This document shows, one piece after another, positions 1 through 9,395 of a DNA stretch of 64,000 nucleotides. How positions within the stretch are numbered: position 1 is the first letter of the stretch; each line of letters begins with the position of its first letter. Under the pieces are notes generated by a model. The model saw only the letters and a list, made by a program, of their open reading frames with translations, had not been told where the DNA came from and made no database searches. The stretch is from Alphaproteobacteria bacterium (GTDB lineage: Bacteria; Pseudomonadota; Alphaproteobacteria; Bin95): assembly GCA_965205265.1 (NCBI GenBank), contig CBDBGH010000003.1, positions 3,392,001 through 3,456,000 of the forward strand, read 5' to 3'. The translations under genes and the position numbers were made by a program.

Positions 1-585
1 TGGGAACGCTACATTCACGAGGCCGGGGAGATCGACCCGCTGATCCGCCTTGCGGTCATGCATTATCAGTTCGAGGCGATCCACCCGTTCGTCGACGGAA
101 ACGGCCGGACCGGACGCGTGCTGAACCTGCTCTATCTCGTCGACAAGGGCCTGCTCGACATTCCCGTCCTCTATCTCAGCCGGCACATCATCCGGAACAA
201 GGCGCTGTACTACCGGTATCTGCTCAAGGTGACGACCCGACAGGACTGGGAGGCGTGGATACTGTTCATTCTGGAGGCCGTCAGAGCGACGGCGGAATGG
301 ACCACGGCGAAAATCCGCGCGATCCGGGAGCTTCTCGACGAGACGGGCGCTGCAATTCGGCAGAAGATGCCGAAGATCTACTCCCGGGAGCTGACGGAAC
401 TGATCTTCGTGCATCCCTACTGCCGGATCGGCGACATGGTCAAAGCGGACATCGCCAAGCGCCAGACGGCCGCCGTCTACCTGAAGGCTCTTGCGGCCGA
501 AAGTCTCCTTGAGGAGATCAAGGCCGGGCGCGAAAACCTCTATATCAACCCGCCGCTCCTGGCGCTTCTGACCGAGCGCGAGTGA
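1..585 (+). CDS. Fic family AMPylase, 5'-partial, with C-terminal wHTH-like region
   Basis: Canonical Fic motif HPFVDGNGRTGR; frame is open from position 1. Confidence 0.9.
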   Translation, partial: WERYIHEAGEIDPLIRLAVMHYQFEAIHPFVDGNGRTGRVLNLLYLVDKGLLDIPVLYLSRHIIRNKALYYRYLLKVTTRQDWEAWILFILEAVRATAEWTTAKIRAIRELLDETGAAIRQKMPKIYSRELTELIFVHPYCRIGDMVKADIAKRQTAAVYLKALAAESLLEEIKAGRENLYINPPLLALLTERE

Positions 586-699
586 CCATGCGCAACCAGG
601 CGGCATCTTGAGGGCACCTGCATACAAGCCGACAGGCGCCTGGGCACGCCGATCCGCCATTAGACCCCTGTAGAACCCATTGGACCCGTCCCATGGGTC

Positions 700-2133
700 C
701 TATTGCGCCTGTACGAAGTTCCATCGCGCAGACGCGCCGTGTCCCGTGGCTGCTGCCAACCTCAGCTCCCGCAGTCTGGCGAGCGACCGCTTCACCTGAC
801 GAGCGCTCACCGATTCAGGCAGGCGCGCGCTGATTTCACGAAGCGCCAAGGGATGTCCAGCCTGCCGCAGGAGGTCGAGGACCGTCCGTTGCTGCTCGCT
901 CAGGTTCTGTATCCGGAGACCGGCCTCAGCGCCAACGGTCGTGCGCCCTCTATCCGAGAGGCGCACATTGTACCGGAAGCGCACTGTAACGCCGCCTCCG
1001 GCATCTTCGATTTCGGGCTGCGGCAAGCCGGCTGCGACCGTCGCCTCCGCCATCCTCAGCGTTCCACGGCCCCAGCGCTCGATGATGCCGCGCCGGTAGA
1101 AGACATCGGCGATCAGCGGGTTCCAGGGGATGGACTCGTGGGGTGCGAACAGCTTGTCGGGCGTCAGCCCGAAATGCAGCGCGCCCGTCGACGTCACCTC
1201 CAGGCGATCATCATAGATCGCCACGCCAACCGAACCGCCGCCGATCGCGTAGTCGCGATGACAGAGCGCGTTTGCCAAGGCTTCGCGCGTCGCCAACGGA
1301 GGAACGAGCGGTTCGTCGATACGCTCCATGCGGCCCTCCTCGATGCGCCCGGCAATGGGCAGACTTTCCCGCAGGTAGCGTTCGGCTGCCCTGAGCAGGG
1401 TAAAGGCGTTGCCGTGAAACTGGCGGTTGTCGAGAAACTCCGTCCTGTCGATGCCCCTGAACCGCGCGACGCGGAGCAGGCATTGCGGCATGTCGAACCC
1501 AACCCGGCCCTCATTGCCGAACAACGCGACCGACGCGCGCCACAGGACTCCGTCCCGGAACAGGCCCAAGCCGCGAAGCAGGTCGCGAACGTCGCGGGTT
1601 CCGGGGTCCTCCAGCCGGCCCCGGCGCACTGCCTCGTCCACGGTGGTGCGGATCTCGTTTGCGTCCAGATCGTCGCCCGACCAGCCTTCGGCGGGCTGGT
1701 TCTCCCAGCGCCGCTCGGCATGCATGCGCTCGAAGAGCAATCGCCGGTACTCGTCGGCGCGCATCTCGACCGTGGTGTTTCCCATCCGCCGGTAGGCGCT
1801 GCCCCGGTACATGTAGGGGCCGGCCTGTCCTCGGCCGACGGTGAGCACGACGACTTCCCGGTCTCCGTCCACCGGTATCCGCTCGATGGCCGGAAAGGCG
1901 GGCGGGTCGATTCTCGCGAGTTCAGCGCTCACCTCTTCGATTGTCCGCTCGCTCACCTGCTGGCCGGTCACCTGCCCGTCCGGTGCGACGCCGAACACCA
2001 CTTGGCCACCCTGCCGGTTGAGCATCGCGCAGATGGTCTGCGCCGCCTCGCGGCGCGTCCCGGTCGTACTCTTGAATTCGAGCGTCTCGGACTCGCCCGC
2101 CGCGACCATCGTCACTATCCGCTCTGCGGTCAT
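700..2133 (-). CDS. Schlafen/AlbA_2 + GHKL-like (HATPase_c_4) + C-terminal wHTH protein
   Basis: N-terminal ESETLEFK...AMLN..GG...FGV; central REALANALCHRDY and IERWGRG; C-terminal HTH. ATG at 2133 overlaps the upstream stop (ATGA). Confidence 0.85.
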   Translation of the reverse strand: MTAERIVTMVAAGESETLEFKSTTGTRREAAQTICAMLNRQGGQVVFGVAPDGQVTGQQVSERTIEEVSAELARIDPPAFPAIERIPVDGDREVVVLTVGRGQAGPYMYRGSAYRRMGNTTVEMRADEYRRLLFERMHAERRWENQPAEGWSGDDLDANEIRTTVDEAVRRGRLEDPGTRDVRDLLRGLGLFRDGVLWRASVALFGNEGRVGFDMPQCLLRVARFRGIDRTEFLDNRQFHGNAFTLLRAAERYLRESLPIAGRIEEGRMERIDEPLVPPLATREALANALCHRDYAIGGGSVGVAIYDDRLEVTSTGALHFGLTPDKLFAPHESIPWNPLIADVFYRRGIIERWGRGTLRMAEATVAAGLPQPEIEDAGGGVTVRFRYNVRLSDRGRTTVGAEAGLRIQNLSEQQRTVLDLLRQAGHPLALREISARLPESVSARQVKRSLARLRELRLAAATGHGASARWNFVQAQ

Positions 2134-5100
2134 GATCGCTCTCCCTCCGATTGTTCCCCTCTCCCAGCAAACGGACAGGGAAGACTCGCGACGATCGCGA
2201 CGGTCTCCACGCAAACATGGACGATGCGGCGGAATGCGGCGATCAAATCACGCGGCTCGTCAAACCAGCCGTTGGGATCGTTGACGATGCCGCTCTCCTT
2301 GTCGCGCGTAATCCGGTAGCGGTCGATGAGCCATTCCAGCGGCGTGCGCCCGTTGACCTGGTAGCCGTGCGCTTCCGCCGGAATGCCGACGAGGCGGAAA
2401 TAGTCATTGACGACGATGACGGCCCGGGCGCTATCCTCGAACCGCATGGCCCGCGTCCCGATCCGGTAGTGCTTCGGCGTGGGTTCGCCGGGCCCGGCGT
2501 ATTCGAGTTGCAGGGGATATTCCGCGCAGGTCTCATAGGCGAGATGCAACGCCGCCAGCCGCCGGCCGGCATCGGCGAAGGCATGAAAATCCGTCGCGAA
2601 CGGGATGCGCGGCAATTCTTTCGCAAGATCGTTGGCGAAACGCTCCCGATAATCGGGCGCATGAAGGACGCCGTAGATGTAGTCGAAGATCGCATCTTTC
2701 GTAATCGCGTTGTCGGCGTAGCGCACGCGGAAGGCGCGGAGCGCAGCGTCGGTAATGTTGTCGATGCGCTCCGGCAGCGGCTCCATTCCGGGAAGGCTCT
2801 GCTGACCACTCCCGCGCTCATAGCGGTAGCGCGGAAAGCATTGACCGAATGCGACCAGATGAAGGTCCGGCATCGTGTCGACCACAAGCGCGGAGAACGG
2901 CTTGGTCGAGCCGACCCCGGGGACGCATATGGCGCGGTTCTCAGTGCTGTTGGACGGAAAAATGCTGTCCTGCAGATACTTGTTGTTCACCAGTACGTAT
3001 TCAACATAGCAATGCTGTTTAACGAATGGTCGGTATTGTGTTGTCCAGATATTTTCAGGTGACCAAGAAATTTCCTTTTGGCGTCGCAGATTATTTTTCA
3101 GTTCGCGATCCCACCGCACATTTTGAGAATTCTGCTCAACAATGGCATCAAGCTCGTTGGGCTTGCCTGCGCTCTCATTCCATTCTCGCAGCGCATCGCG
3201 ATAATCTTGTACCATCCTCCGGGCATTGCTGGCACAGTCGTTGCGTGAGAAATTATAAGTATAGATGTCGCGACTGGTTTTGTAGCCGTTGCTGAACAGC
3301 CGGAATATTGCGTCGTCAGTCCTGCCCGCCTTCGCATCTTTCGATCCCAGCGGATAGAGCGCGCGGAACGCCTCGTTGCGCTGGCCTATCCAGTCGTGAT
3401 GCCGGTCGGGGGCGATTGCCTCCCAGTTCTCGATGCCAGCGATCGATCCCCACTTGCGCAGCATCGCGAGCTTGTCCTCGCGGGAGAGATAGTCGCCGAT
3501 GTCGCGATAGAGGATACGGCAGCCTTCATGCGCCGCGTCCGGGTTCTTGGCGAGGATCGTGATCGCGACCGGCGCACGTGAGCCTTGGCCGAAGACCTTG
3601 CCGCCTTCCCGGCGTGAACGTTCGCCCTGCGTGCGTTGGTTGCCCCGAAGGTTCACTACATGGATCGAACTGAACTCCTCCGCCAGACAGGCGCGAACGC
3701 CGGAGTCGACATTGCCGTCGATCCAGGAACCGTTGGTCACGAAAGCGACGACGCCCCGGTCGCCGATCCGGTCCGAGGCCCAGCGGATCGCCATCTTGTA
3801 GGTATCGTACAAGCTGTTCTTGAGCGTCGCCGTCGAGCGGGCGGCGTAGGTCTCGGCAACCCGCCGCTCGATCTCGGGATAGTCCACGTTCGGGTTGTCG
3901 TCGGCCGAACTCCGCTGGCCCGTCGACCAGGGCGGGTTGCCGACGATGACCTGTATGGGAAGTTTCTGCTGGCGTTCGGCGCGTTCGCTGTTGTCGGGCA
4001 GCCAGTCCTTCGGGAAGCCCGACCGCCCGGTGTGCAGGTTGAAGGTGTCGGTGAGCACGATGCCGCCGAACGGCTCGTAACTCCTGTCATCGCCAACCCG
4101 GCCGTGGAACGCTTCCTCGATATGGATCGCCGCGATGTAGTAGGCGAGCAGGACGAGTTCGTTGGCGTGAAGCTCCGCCCTGTACTTCCGCCCGAGATCG
4201 ACATCCCGGATCAGCGCCGATTGCAGCAGCCGCACCAGAAAAATGCCGGTGCCCGTGAAGGGATCGAGGACATGAACGCCCTCGTCGCCCAGGCCCCGGC
4301 CGAACTCCGAGCGGACCGCGTGATCGGCGCTCGCCAGGATGAAATCAACGACCTCCACTGGCGTGTAGACGATGCCGAGCCGGTCGGCCTCCTTCTTCAT
4401 CGCGGTCGAAAAGAACTTCTCGTAAAGCTCCATCAGCACGCGCTGGCGCGCGGCCGGGTTGTCGAGGCCCCTCGCTCGAAGCCGTACGCTTTCGTAAAAC
4501 CCTTCCAGGTCGCGGGTTTCGTTCTCCAGTCCGAACTCGCCGAAATCGCGCCGCAGCGCATCCAGTGCTCGGGCCACCGGATTGCCGCCGGCGAAATCGT
4601 AATCCTCGAACAACGCCTCGAACACCGGACGGGTGAGGATGTGCTGCGCCATCATGTCGATTGCACTGCCCGTCGTGATCGACTCGTTGATCGAGACCTT
4701 CAATTCGTCATGGAACGCCTCGAACCATTCCCGCAGCGCTTCGTTCTCCGGGTTGTCGAGCAAGCCCTCGATCCGCACGACAAGGCGCGAGAAGATGTCG
4801 GCAACGTCCTTCGCCCAGCTTTCCCAGTATTTTCGGTCGCCGCATTTCTCGACGATCTTCGCGTAGATTGCGCCCGGCGGCAGGTCCAGCGGCGGGAACG
4901 GCAATTCCGGCGCAGCCGGCGGCGAATCGCCGTTGATTCCGTCTCCGCTGAAGATGATGCGGTTCGTCGGCGTTTCGTTGAGGTCGATCTTGTTGATCTC
5001 GGCATCCAGCCGGTCGTCATGCGAACGAAGCGCCCGCAGGACGCTCCAGACGACTTCGAATTCCCCCGAATCGAGAACTTGCGCCGGATCCCTGCCTGCC

Positions 5101-6893
5101 GGCACGGCGACGGGCAGCACGATATAGCCGTGAGTCTTGCCTTCGGCCTCGGCCTTGCGCATGACGCGGCCCACCGCTTGGACGATATCGACCACGCTCT
5201 TGCGCTCGGTCATGAAGATCACCGCGTCGAGCGCCGGCACGTCGATACCTTCGGAAAGGCAGCGCGCATTGGAGAGGATGCGGCAGGTGTCCCCGGAGGA
5301 CCCTTTCAGCCATTCGATGCGCGCCTTGCGCTCCAGTGCGTTGTTCTGGCCGTCCACATGGCGGGTTTTGCAACGAAGCGCCGTCGCCTTCTCGGCCTCC
5401 GGCAGCCGCCCGATGGCGCTTTCCACGATACCGCCCCAATGCGTCGTCAGGCGCTGCGATGACGCAATGGTGTTTGTGAATGCGATCGCCCGGCGCAAGG
5501 ATTGGGACGGTCCTTCGTCGGGCGACAGGTTCTCCGGGTTCTGCAAGGCCTGCCAGCAGCCGACGATCCGGGCGGCGTCGGACAGGTTTATGTCCCCGCC
5601 CCCGGATGCCAGATGCTCCTGCAATGTCTTTTCCAGATGTTCCTCGGACAGCGCGAGCACCACGACCTTGTAATCGGACAACAGGTCCTGCCCGACGGCG
5701 GTCGAGAACGGCAGGCGGTGGAATTCCGGCCCGTAGGTCGCCCCGTCATCCATCGAGAACACTTCGATGTCGTGGCTCGCGGCCTTGGTCTTCGCCCCGG
5801 CGGTGTAGAGGCGGGGCGTCGCCGTCATGTAGAGGCGTTTGCCGGCCCGGATGCGGCTTGCATCATGCACGAGCACGAATGGGGAGGTCTTGTCGCCGGG
5901 CCGCTCAATGCCCGTGGTCCGGTGCGCCTCGTCGCATAGAACGAGATCGAAGACGGGCGCGCCAGCGTCCTGCGCCCGCTCCACCAGACCGAGCGAATGA
6001 TAGGTGCAGAACACAACGGTCATCGTCCCGGGCGATGGAAGCCGCAACGCCTTGCTTATCGTCGCCGGGTCGGTGGTGACGGGAATCTCCAGTTCCTCAA
6101 GCGAAGCGTCTTCGTCGTTCTTGCCGGCGCGCGTATCGGAGCAGATGCCGACATAGCGGTGTGGCAGGGCGCGTTGCTCCGCCCATTCGCGCATCGACTG
6201 CTGCAACAGCGAAATCGACGGCACGAGATAAAGCGCGCGACCGCCCTCGCCGGCGACGGCCTCCGTTATGCGCAGCGCGGTGAAGGTCTTGCCGGTGCCG
6301 CAGGCCATGACCAGCTTGCCGCGGTCATGGTCTTCAAACCCCGTCAGCACTTCGTCGAACGCCCGCCGCTGGTGCGGGCGCAGCCTGAACGGCTCGTGGC
6401 GTAGCGACAGGTCTTCCGGCTGCCCATGCACAAGGTCCGGCCAGTCGAACGGGCGGCTCGCGAGGTCGCCGAACCGGAGCACGGAGCACGGAGGTCTTAG
6501 CCGGGTGATGGTCTTGAAGGCGTTCGATCCCCACTCGTCCCCGGTATCGACGACGATGCGGGCTGCGAACGGCTCGCGCGCCGAGGCCGCGATGAAGGAG
6601 TCGAGAGCCGCCTTCGAAATCCTCGTGCCCGGCGCATGGCACTTGCACTGGATGGCGCAGAACCCGCCGCCCCGCTCCTCGGCCACGAGATCGACGCCGG
6701 TGTCGCCGCCGTCGAAGTCAGGCCGGGCGGCGGCCCATTCGGGCCACAGCCATACGTGCGAGAACCGGTCCCGGTAAAGCGGATCCTGCTCGAAATACGC
6801 CTTCATCAGCCGCTCGAACAGGCGGCCCTTCTCGGCTTCCGTCCCAGCAATCGACCGGATGTGGTCAAGCACGCGCTGGAAGCCGCCGGTCAT
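2130..6893 (-). CDS. Type ISP restriction-modification enzyme (Mrr-like nuclease, SF2 helicase, N6-adenine MTase, TRD; LlaBIII/LlaGI-like)
   Basis: 1587 aa; DTGVDLV...IQCK nuclease, MACGTGKT, DEAH, LDPFTGTG, GNPPW, C-terminal YRPF and ELPRIP motifs. Confidence 0.92.
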   Translation of the reverse strand: MTGGFQRVLDHIRSIAGTEAEKGRLFERLMKAYFEQDPLYRDRFSHVWLWPEWAAARPDFDGGDTGVDLVAEERGGGFCAIQCKCHAPGTRISKAALDSFIAASAREPFAARIVVDTGDEWGSNAFKTITRLRPPCSVLRFGDLASRPFDWPDLVHGQPEDLSLRHEPFRLRPHQRRAFDEVLTGFEDHDRGKLVMACGTGKTFTALRITEAVAGEGGRALYLVPSISLLQQSMREWAEQRALPHRYVGICSDTRAGKNDEDASLEELEIPVTTDPATISKALRLPSPGTMTVVFCTYHSLGLVERAQDAGAPVFDLVLCDEAHRTTGIERPGDKTSPFVLVHDASRIRAGKRLYMTATPRLYTAGAKTKAASHDIEVFSMDDGATYGPEFHRLPFSTAVGQDLLSDYKVVVLALSEEHLEKTLQEHLASGGGDINLSDAARIVGCWQALQNPENLSPDEGPSQSLRRAIAFTNTIASSQRLTTHWGGIVESAIGRLPEAEKATALRCKTRHVDGQNNALERKARIEWLKGSSGDTCRILSNARCLSEGIDVPALDAVIFMTERKSVVDIVQAVGRVMRKAEAEGKTHGYIVLPVAVPAGRDPAQVLDSGEFEVVWSVLRALRSHDDRLDAEINKIDLNETPTNRIIFSGDGINGDSPPAAPELPFPPLDLPPGAIYAKIVEKCGDRKYWESWAKDVADIFSRLVVRIEGLLDNPENEALREWFEAFHDELKVSINESITTGSAIDMMAQHILTRPVFEALFEDYDFAGGNPVARALDALRRDFGEFGLENETRDLEGFYESVRLRARGLDNPAARQRVLMELYEKFFSTAMKKEADRLGIVYTPVEVVDFILASADHAVRSEFGRGLGDEGVHVLDPFTGTGIFLVRLLQSALIRDVDLGRKYRAELHANELVLLAYYIAAIHIEEAFHGRVGDDRSYEPFGGIVLTDTFNLHTGRSGFPKDWLPDNSERAERQQKLPIQVIVGNPPWSTGQRSSADDNPNVDYPEIERRVAETYAARSTATLKNSLYDTYKMAIRWASDRIGDRGVVAFVTNGSWIDGNVDSGVRACLAEEFSSIHVVNLRGNQRTQGERSRREGGKVFGQGSRAPVAITILAKNPDAAHEGCRILYRDIGDYLSREDKLAMLRKWGSIAGIENWEAIAPDRHHDWIGQRNEAFRALYPLGSKDAKAGRTDDAIFRLFSNGYKTSRDIYTYNFSRNDCASNARRMVQDYRDALREWNESAGKPNELDAIVEQNSQNVRWDRELKNNLRRQKEISWSPENIWTTQYRPFVKQHCYVEYVLVNNKYLQDSIFPSNSTENRAICVPGVGSTKPFSALVVDTMPDLHLVAFGQCFPRYRYERGSGQQSLPGMEPLPERIDNITDAALRAFRVRYADNAITKDAIFDYIYGVLHAPDYRERFANDLAKELPRIPFATDFHAFADAGRRLAALHLAYETCAEYPLQLEYAGPGEPTPKHYRIGTRAMRFEDSARAVIVVNDYFRLVGIPAEAHGYQVNGRTPLEWLIDRYRITRDKESGIVNDPNGWFDEPRDLIAAFRRIVHVCVETVAIVASLPCPFAGRGEQSEGERS

Positions 6894-7057
6894 TCAAGGC
6901 CTCCGTTCACTGGAAAGCCATCAGGGCAATTGCACGACTGGCGCGGCGGCGGTGGCGACCCCCGCCATGCAGGTTGCGGCGCCTTCTGGTTTCGTTTGTG
7001 CGCCGCGGGGCGTATCGATGCGGTGTCCGATACTCGTCGAGATGTGATCGCGCCGCT

Positions 7058-8176
7058 TCAATGCGAACCGGTCCCGGCAAGCTCCCTATCGAGGAGATGT
7101 GCACGCTCCTTCAACTTCTTGCTCCCGACCTTGGTCTCTCGGTCGTTGCGGTCGCCGCGGCGCCAGCGCTCGATCCAGTCTGGATATAGCGTCGAGACGG
7201 CGTGCGCGAATGCTTGGCGTTCTTCAGGATCTGCGAGGCGCTCCTTTTCGAGGCGGATCCGCACCATATCTAGAATCTCGAACTCCGATCGTCCCTCTAC
7301 CTTCAGGCGCCATCGCCCCTCGGGGGTCTCCTGAAGCCGCTCGCGTTCCTGTTCCTCACGGCGTGCGCGTTCCTCGTTTTCCAGCGCCTGGGCCAGGTCG
7401 CGGGTTCGGCCTTCGCAATGGCGAAACCGGCCGTAGCCGACCGCCGTTTTCGCACCGCCGCCGGCCCATTCGAGGGCCTCGCGCAGCCAACCAAAAACGG
7501 CGCCGGCGTCGTCGCCTTGTGCCCCGCGCGGCACGAAGGCGAAGAGAAACGGCGTCGCTTCCGCCGTGGCGAGAAAGGGGATCGGGATCGGGGAGCGCCA
7601 GTCCCCCGGTGGATCCTCAGGAGTCCAACCGGCGTAGTGCGGAGTCATGACATCCGCATCCAGTCGCACCGGGCAGATGGGAACGGCATCCAGGAAGCAG
7701 ACGCCCCCCGCCCGCGCCTGGTCCCGGCATCCGAAGATACGACTCCGCATCTCGGAATCGGGGCGCGGTTCGGCGCCTTGCTCCGTCCACGCCTTGAGCA
7801 ACCCCTTGATCGAACTGCCCGGCAGATACGGCGTTCCCAGAACGGGGTGCCAGGCGAAGCCATTCTCGACCGGATGGCTGCGGCCGAGGCCGGTCACGAA
7901 GCGTGACTCGGTCATAAACACCGCGAAAACGCCGCTGAGCCGCTCGACCATGCGCGCCTGCCGCCGAACATGTTCATCAATCTGTTTCCGGTCGCCGACA
8001 TGCTGCGCCTTGGCGACGGTCTTGATCCAGCGGAGCTTTTCCTCCGCTGGCATGGCCCAGCTATCGTCGTCGTTCTTCCAGGTGTTGCAGAACTTGTCGA
8101 ACCAGAGTCCGGCATGTCCGTCGGCGGAACAGCCGTTCGGTTCCGGACTCGCGGTCTCGTAGAGCGGGCGGCTCAT
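7058..8176 (-). CDS. cmr6: Type III-B RAMP Cmr6 with C-terminal helical extension
   Basis: GLGRSHPVENGF, PYLPGSSIKG, DVMTPHY, GAKTAVGYG glycine loop; ATG at 8176 overlaps the cmr5 stop. Confidence 0.92.
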   Translation of the reverse strand: MSRPLYETASPEPNGCSADGHAGLWFDKFCNTWKNDDDSWAMPAEEKLRWIKTVAKAQHVGDRKQIDEHVRRQARMVERLSGVFAVFMTESRFVTGLGRSHPVENGFAWHPVLGTPYLPGSSIKGLLKAWTEQGAEPRPDSEMRSRIFGCRDQARAGGVCFLDAVPICPVRLDADVMTPHYAGWTPEDPPGDWRSPIPIPFLATAEATPFLFAFVPRGAQGDDAGAVFGWLREALEWAGGGAKTAVGYGRFRHCEGRTRDLAQALENEERARREEQERERLQETPEGRWRLKVEGRSEFEILDMVRIRLEKERLADPEERQAFAHAVSTLYPDWIERWRRGDRNDRETKVGSKKLKERAHLLDRELAGTGSH

Positions 8177-8577
8177 CCGCCGTCTCCCTCGCCGGACGGC
8201 AAGGCCGCGCGACAGCATTTCTTGTGCCATTCCAGCCACGCCAAGGCTTCGGCCTGCGCGCGGAGATAGTGCGACTGGTCATTCCCCACGATCGCCGCCA
8301 GCAGATCGCCCGCCGGATAGACACCGCCGTCCCGGCAGAGCCAGTCGTTCAGGCTGTCATGGAGCGCCTTGTGCGCACATTGACGATCATCCTTCGGCTC
8401 TCGACCCGCAGCCGCGCGTTCGGTCGCCAACGCCTGCCCCAGACCGTTCATTACGATGGCGGGGCCGAGGCGGTCCACATAGGCGCGATACAGCTTCTTG
8501 AATTCGCCAGACCTGTCTTCGAGCGCCTTGACCCGTTCGAGCGCGTGGGCCGCGCGCCGCTGTTCGAGCGTCTTCAT
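8173..8577 (-). CDS. cmr5: Type III-B small subunit Cmr5
   Basis: 134 aa; TLEQRRA..A, PAIVMNGLGQALA, EALAWLEW; lies between cmr4 and cmr6. Confidence 0.9.
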   Translation of the reverse strand: MKTLEQRRAAHALERVKALEDRSGEFKKLYRAYVDRLGPAIVMNGLGQALATERAAAGREPKDDRQCAHKALHDSLNDWLCRDGGVYPAGDLLAAIVGNDQSHYLRAQAEALAWLEWHKKCCRAALPSGEGDGG

Positions 8578-9395
8578 GGCGCGCTCTCTTCGCCGCCACT
8601 ATGGAGAACAACACGCACGGCGAACCGGCCCTGCCCCACTGTCTCGTTGCCGCCAGCTTGTAGATACGGATCGTCGTCCGGGAATAACCCGTTGAGGGCC
8701 GCGCCCGGACCGGTCCCGCCGCGAGCCGCGACCAGGGCGTACATGACCGTATCCGGCGGGAGCGTTTCCTCGTACCAGAGATTCCTGCTTTTCTTGGTGT
8801 CGTCTTCGAGAACGTTACGCGCCTGGATAGCGAGGCCGTAGCGCGCGAACCAGGCGAAATCATCGTCGTGCAGGATCGCAACTTGCGCCGCGAGACGCTC
8901 CCGCGTCTCCTGATGCAGAAGCAGCGGAGCGATGGCGGCCGTGAGACCTTCCGGCAACGGTCCGGAGATGTCGAATTCGCGCTCTTCCAGAAACAGCTTT
9001 CCCTCGCCGGCCGTCAGGACCTTGCCGCAGTCCGTTTTCGGCGTCGCCGTCGTCGCCAGGCCGACGCGACAGAGGTCGCGGCTGAAGCGCTCGATCATGT
9101 GCGGGCAGGTCGCCCAGCGATAGCGGCCGGTCAGGCTGCGTACCGGCAGCAGCAGGAGCCTTCCGTCGGACACCAGCAGGTCGCCCGCCTTGTTGATTTC
9201 GCCGAAATGGCGGGCACCGTCTCCGCCCATCCTCTCGGTCTTGTCGCGCAACGCGCCCTTGAGGCCGGAGCCGACCAGCACCGGATAGTCGGTCGCCGCC
9301 TCGCGGGCGACGGGCAGATCGACGACCCCCGTGCTGCGGCCGCTGCCAGGGTGAACGGGGGTTTCGGCCAAGAGGCCGAGCATGGCTGCCTTCAT
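8574..9395 (-). CDS. cmr4: Type III-B backbone RNase Cmr4
   Basis: HPGSG, VDLPVARE (catalytic D), GSGLKGALR, LWYEETLP, QAGGNETVGQG. Confidence 0.95.
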   Translation of the reverse strand: MKAAMLGLLAETPVHPGSGRSTGVVDLPVAREAATDYPVLVGSGLKGALRDKTERMGGDGARHFGEINKAGDLLVSDGRLLLLPVRSLTGRYRWATCPHMIERFSRDLCRVGLATTATPKTDCGKVLTAGEGKLFLEEREFDISGPLPEGLTAAIAPLLLHQETRERLAAQVAILHDDDFAWFARYGLAIQARNVLEDDTKKSRNLWYEETLPPDTVMYALVAARGGTGPGAALNGLFPDDDPYLQAGGNETVGQGRFAVRVVLHSGGEESAP

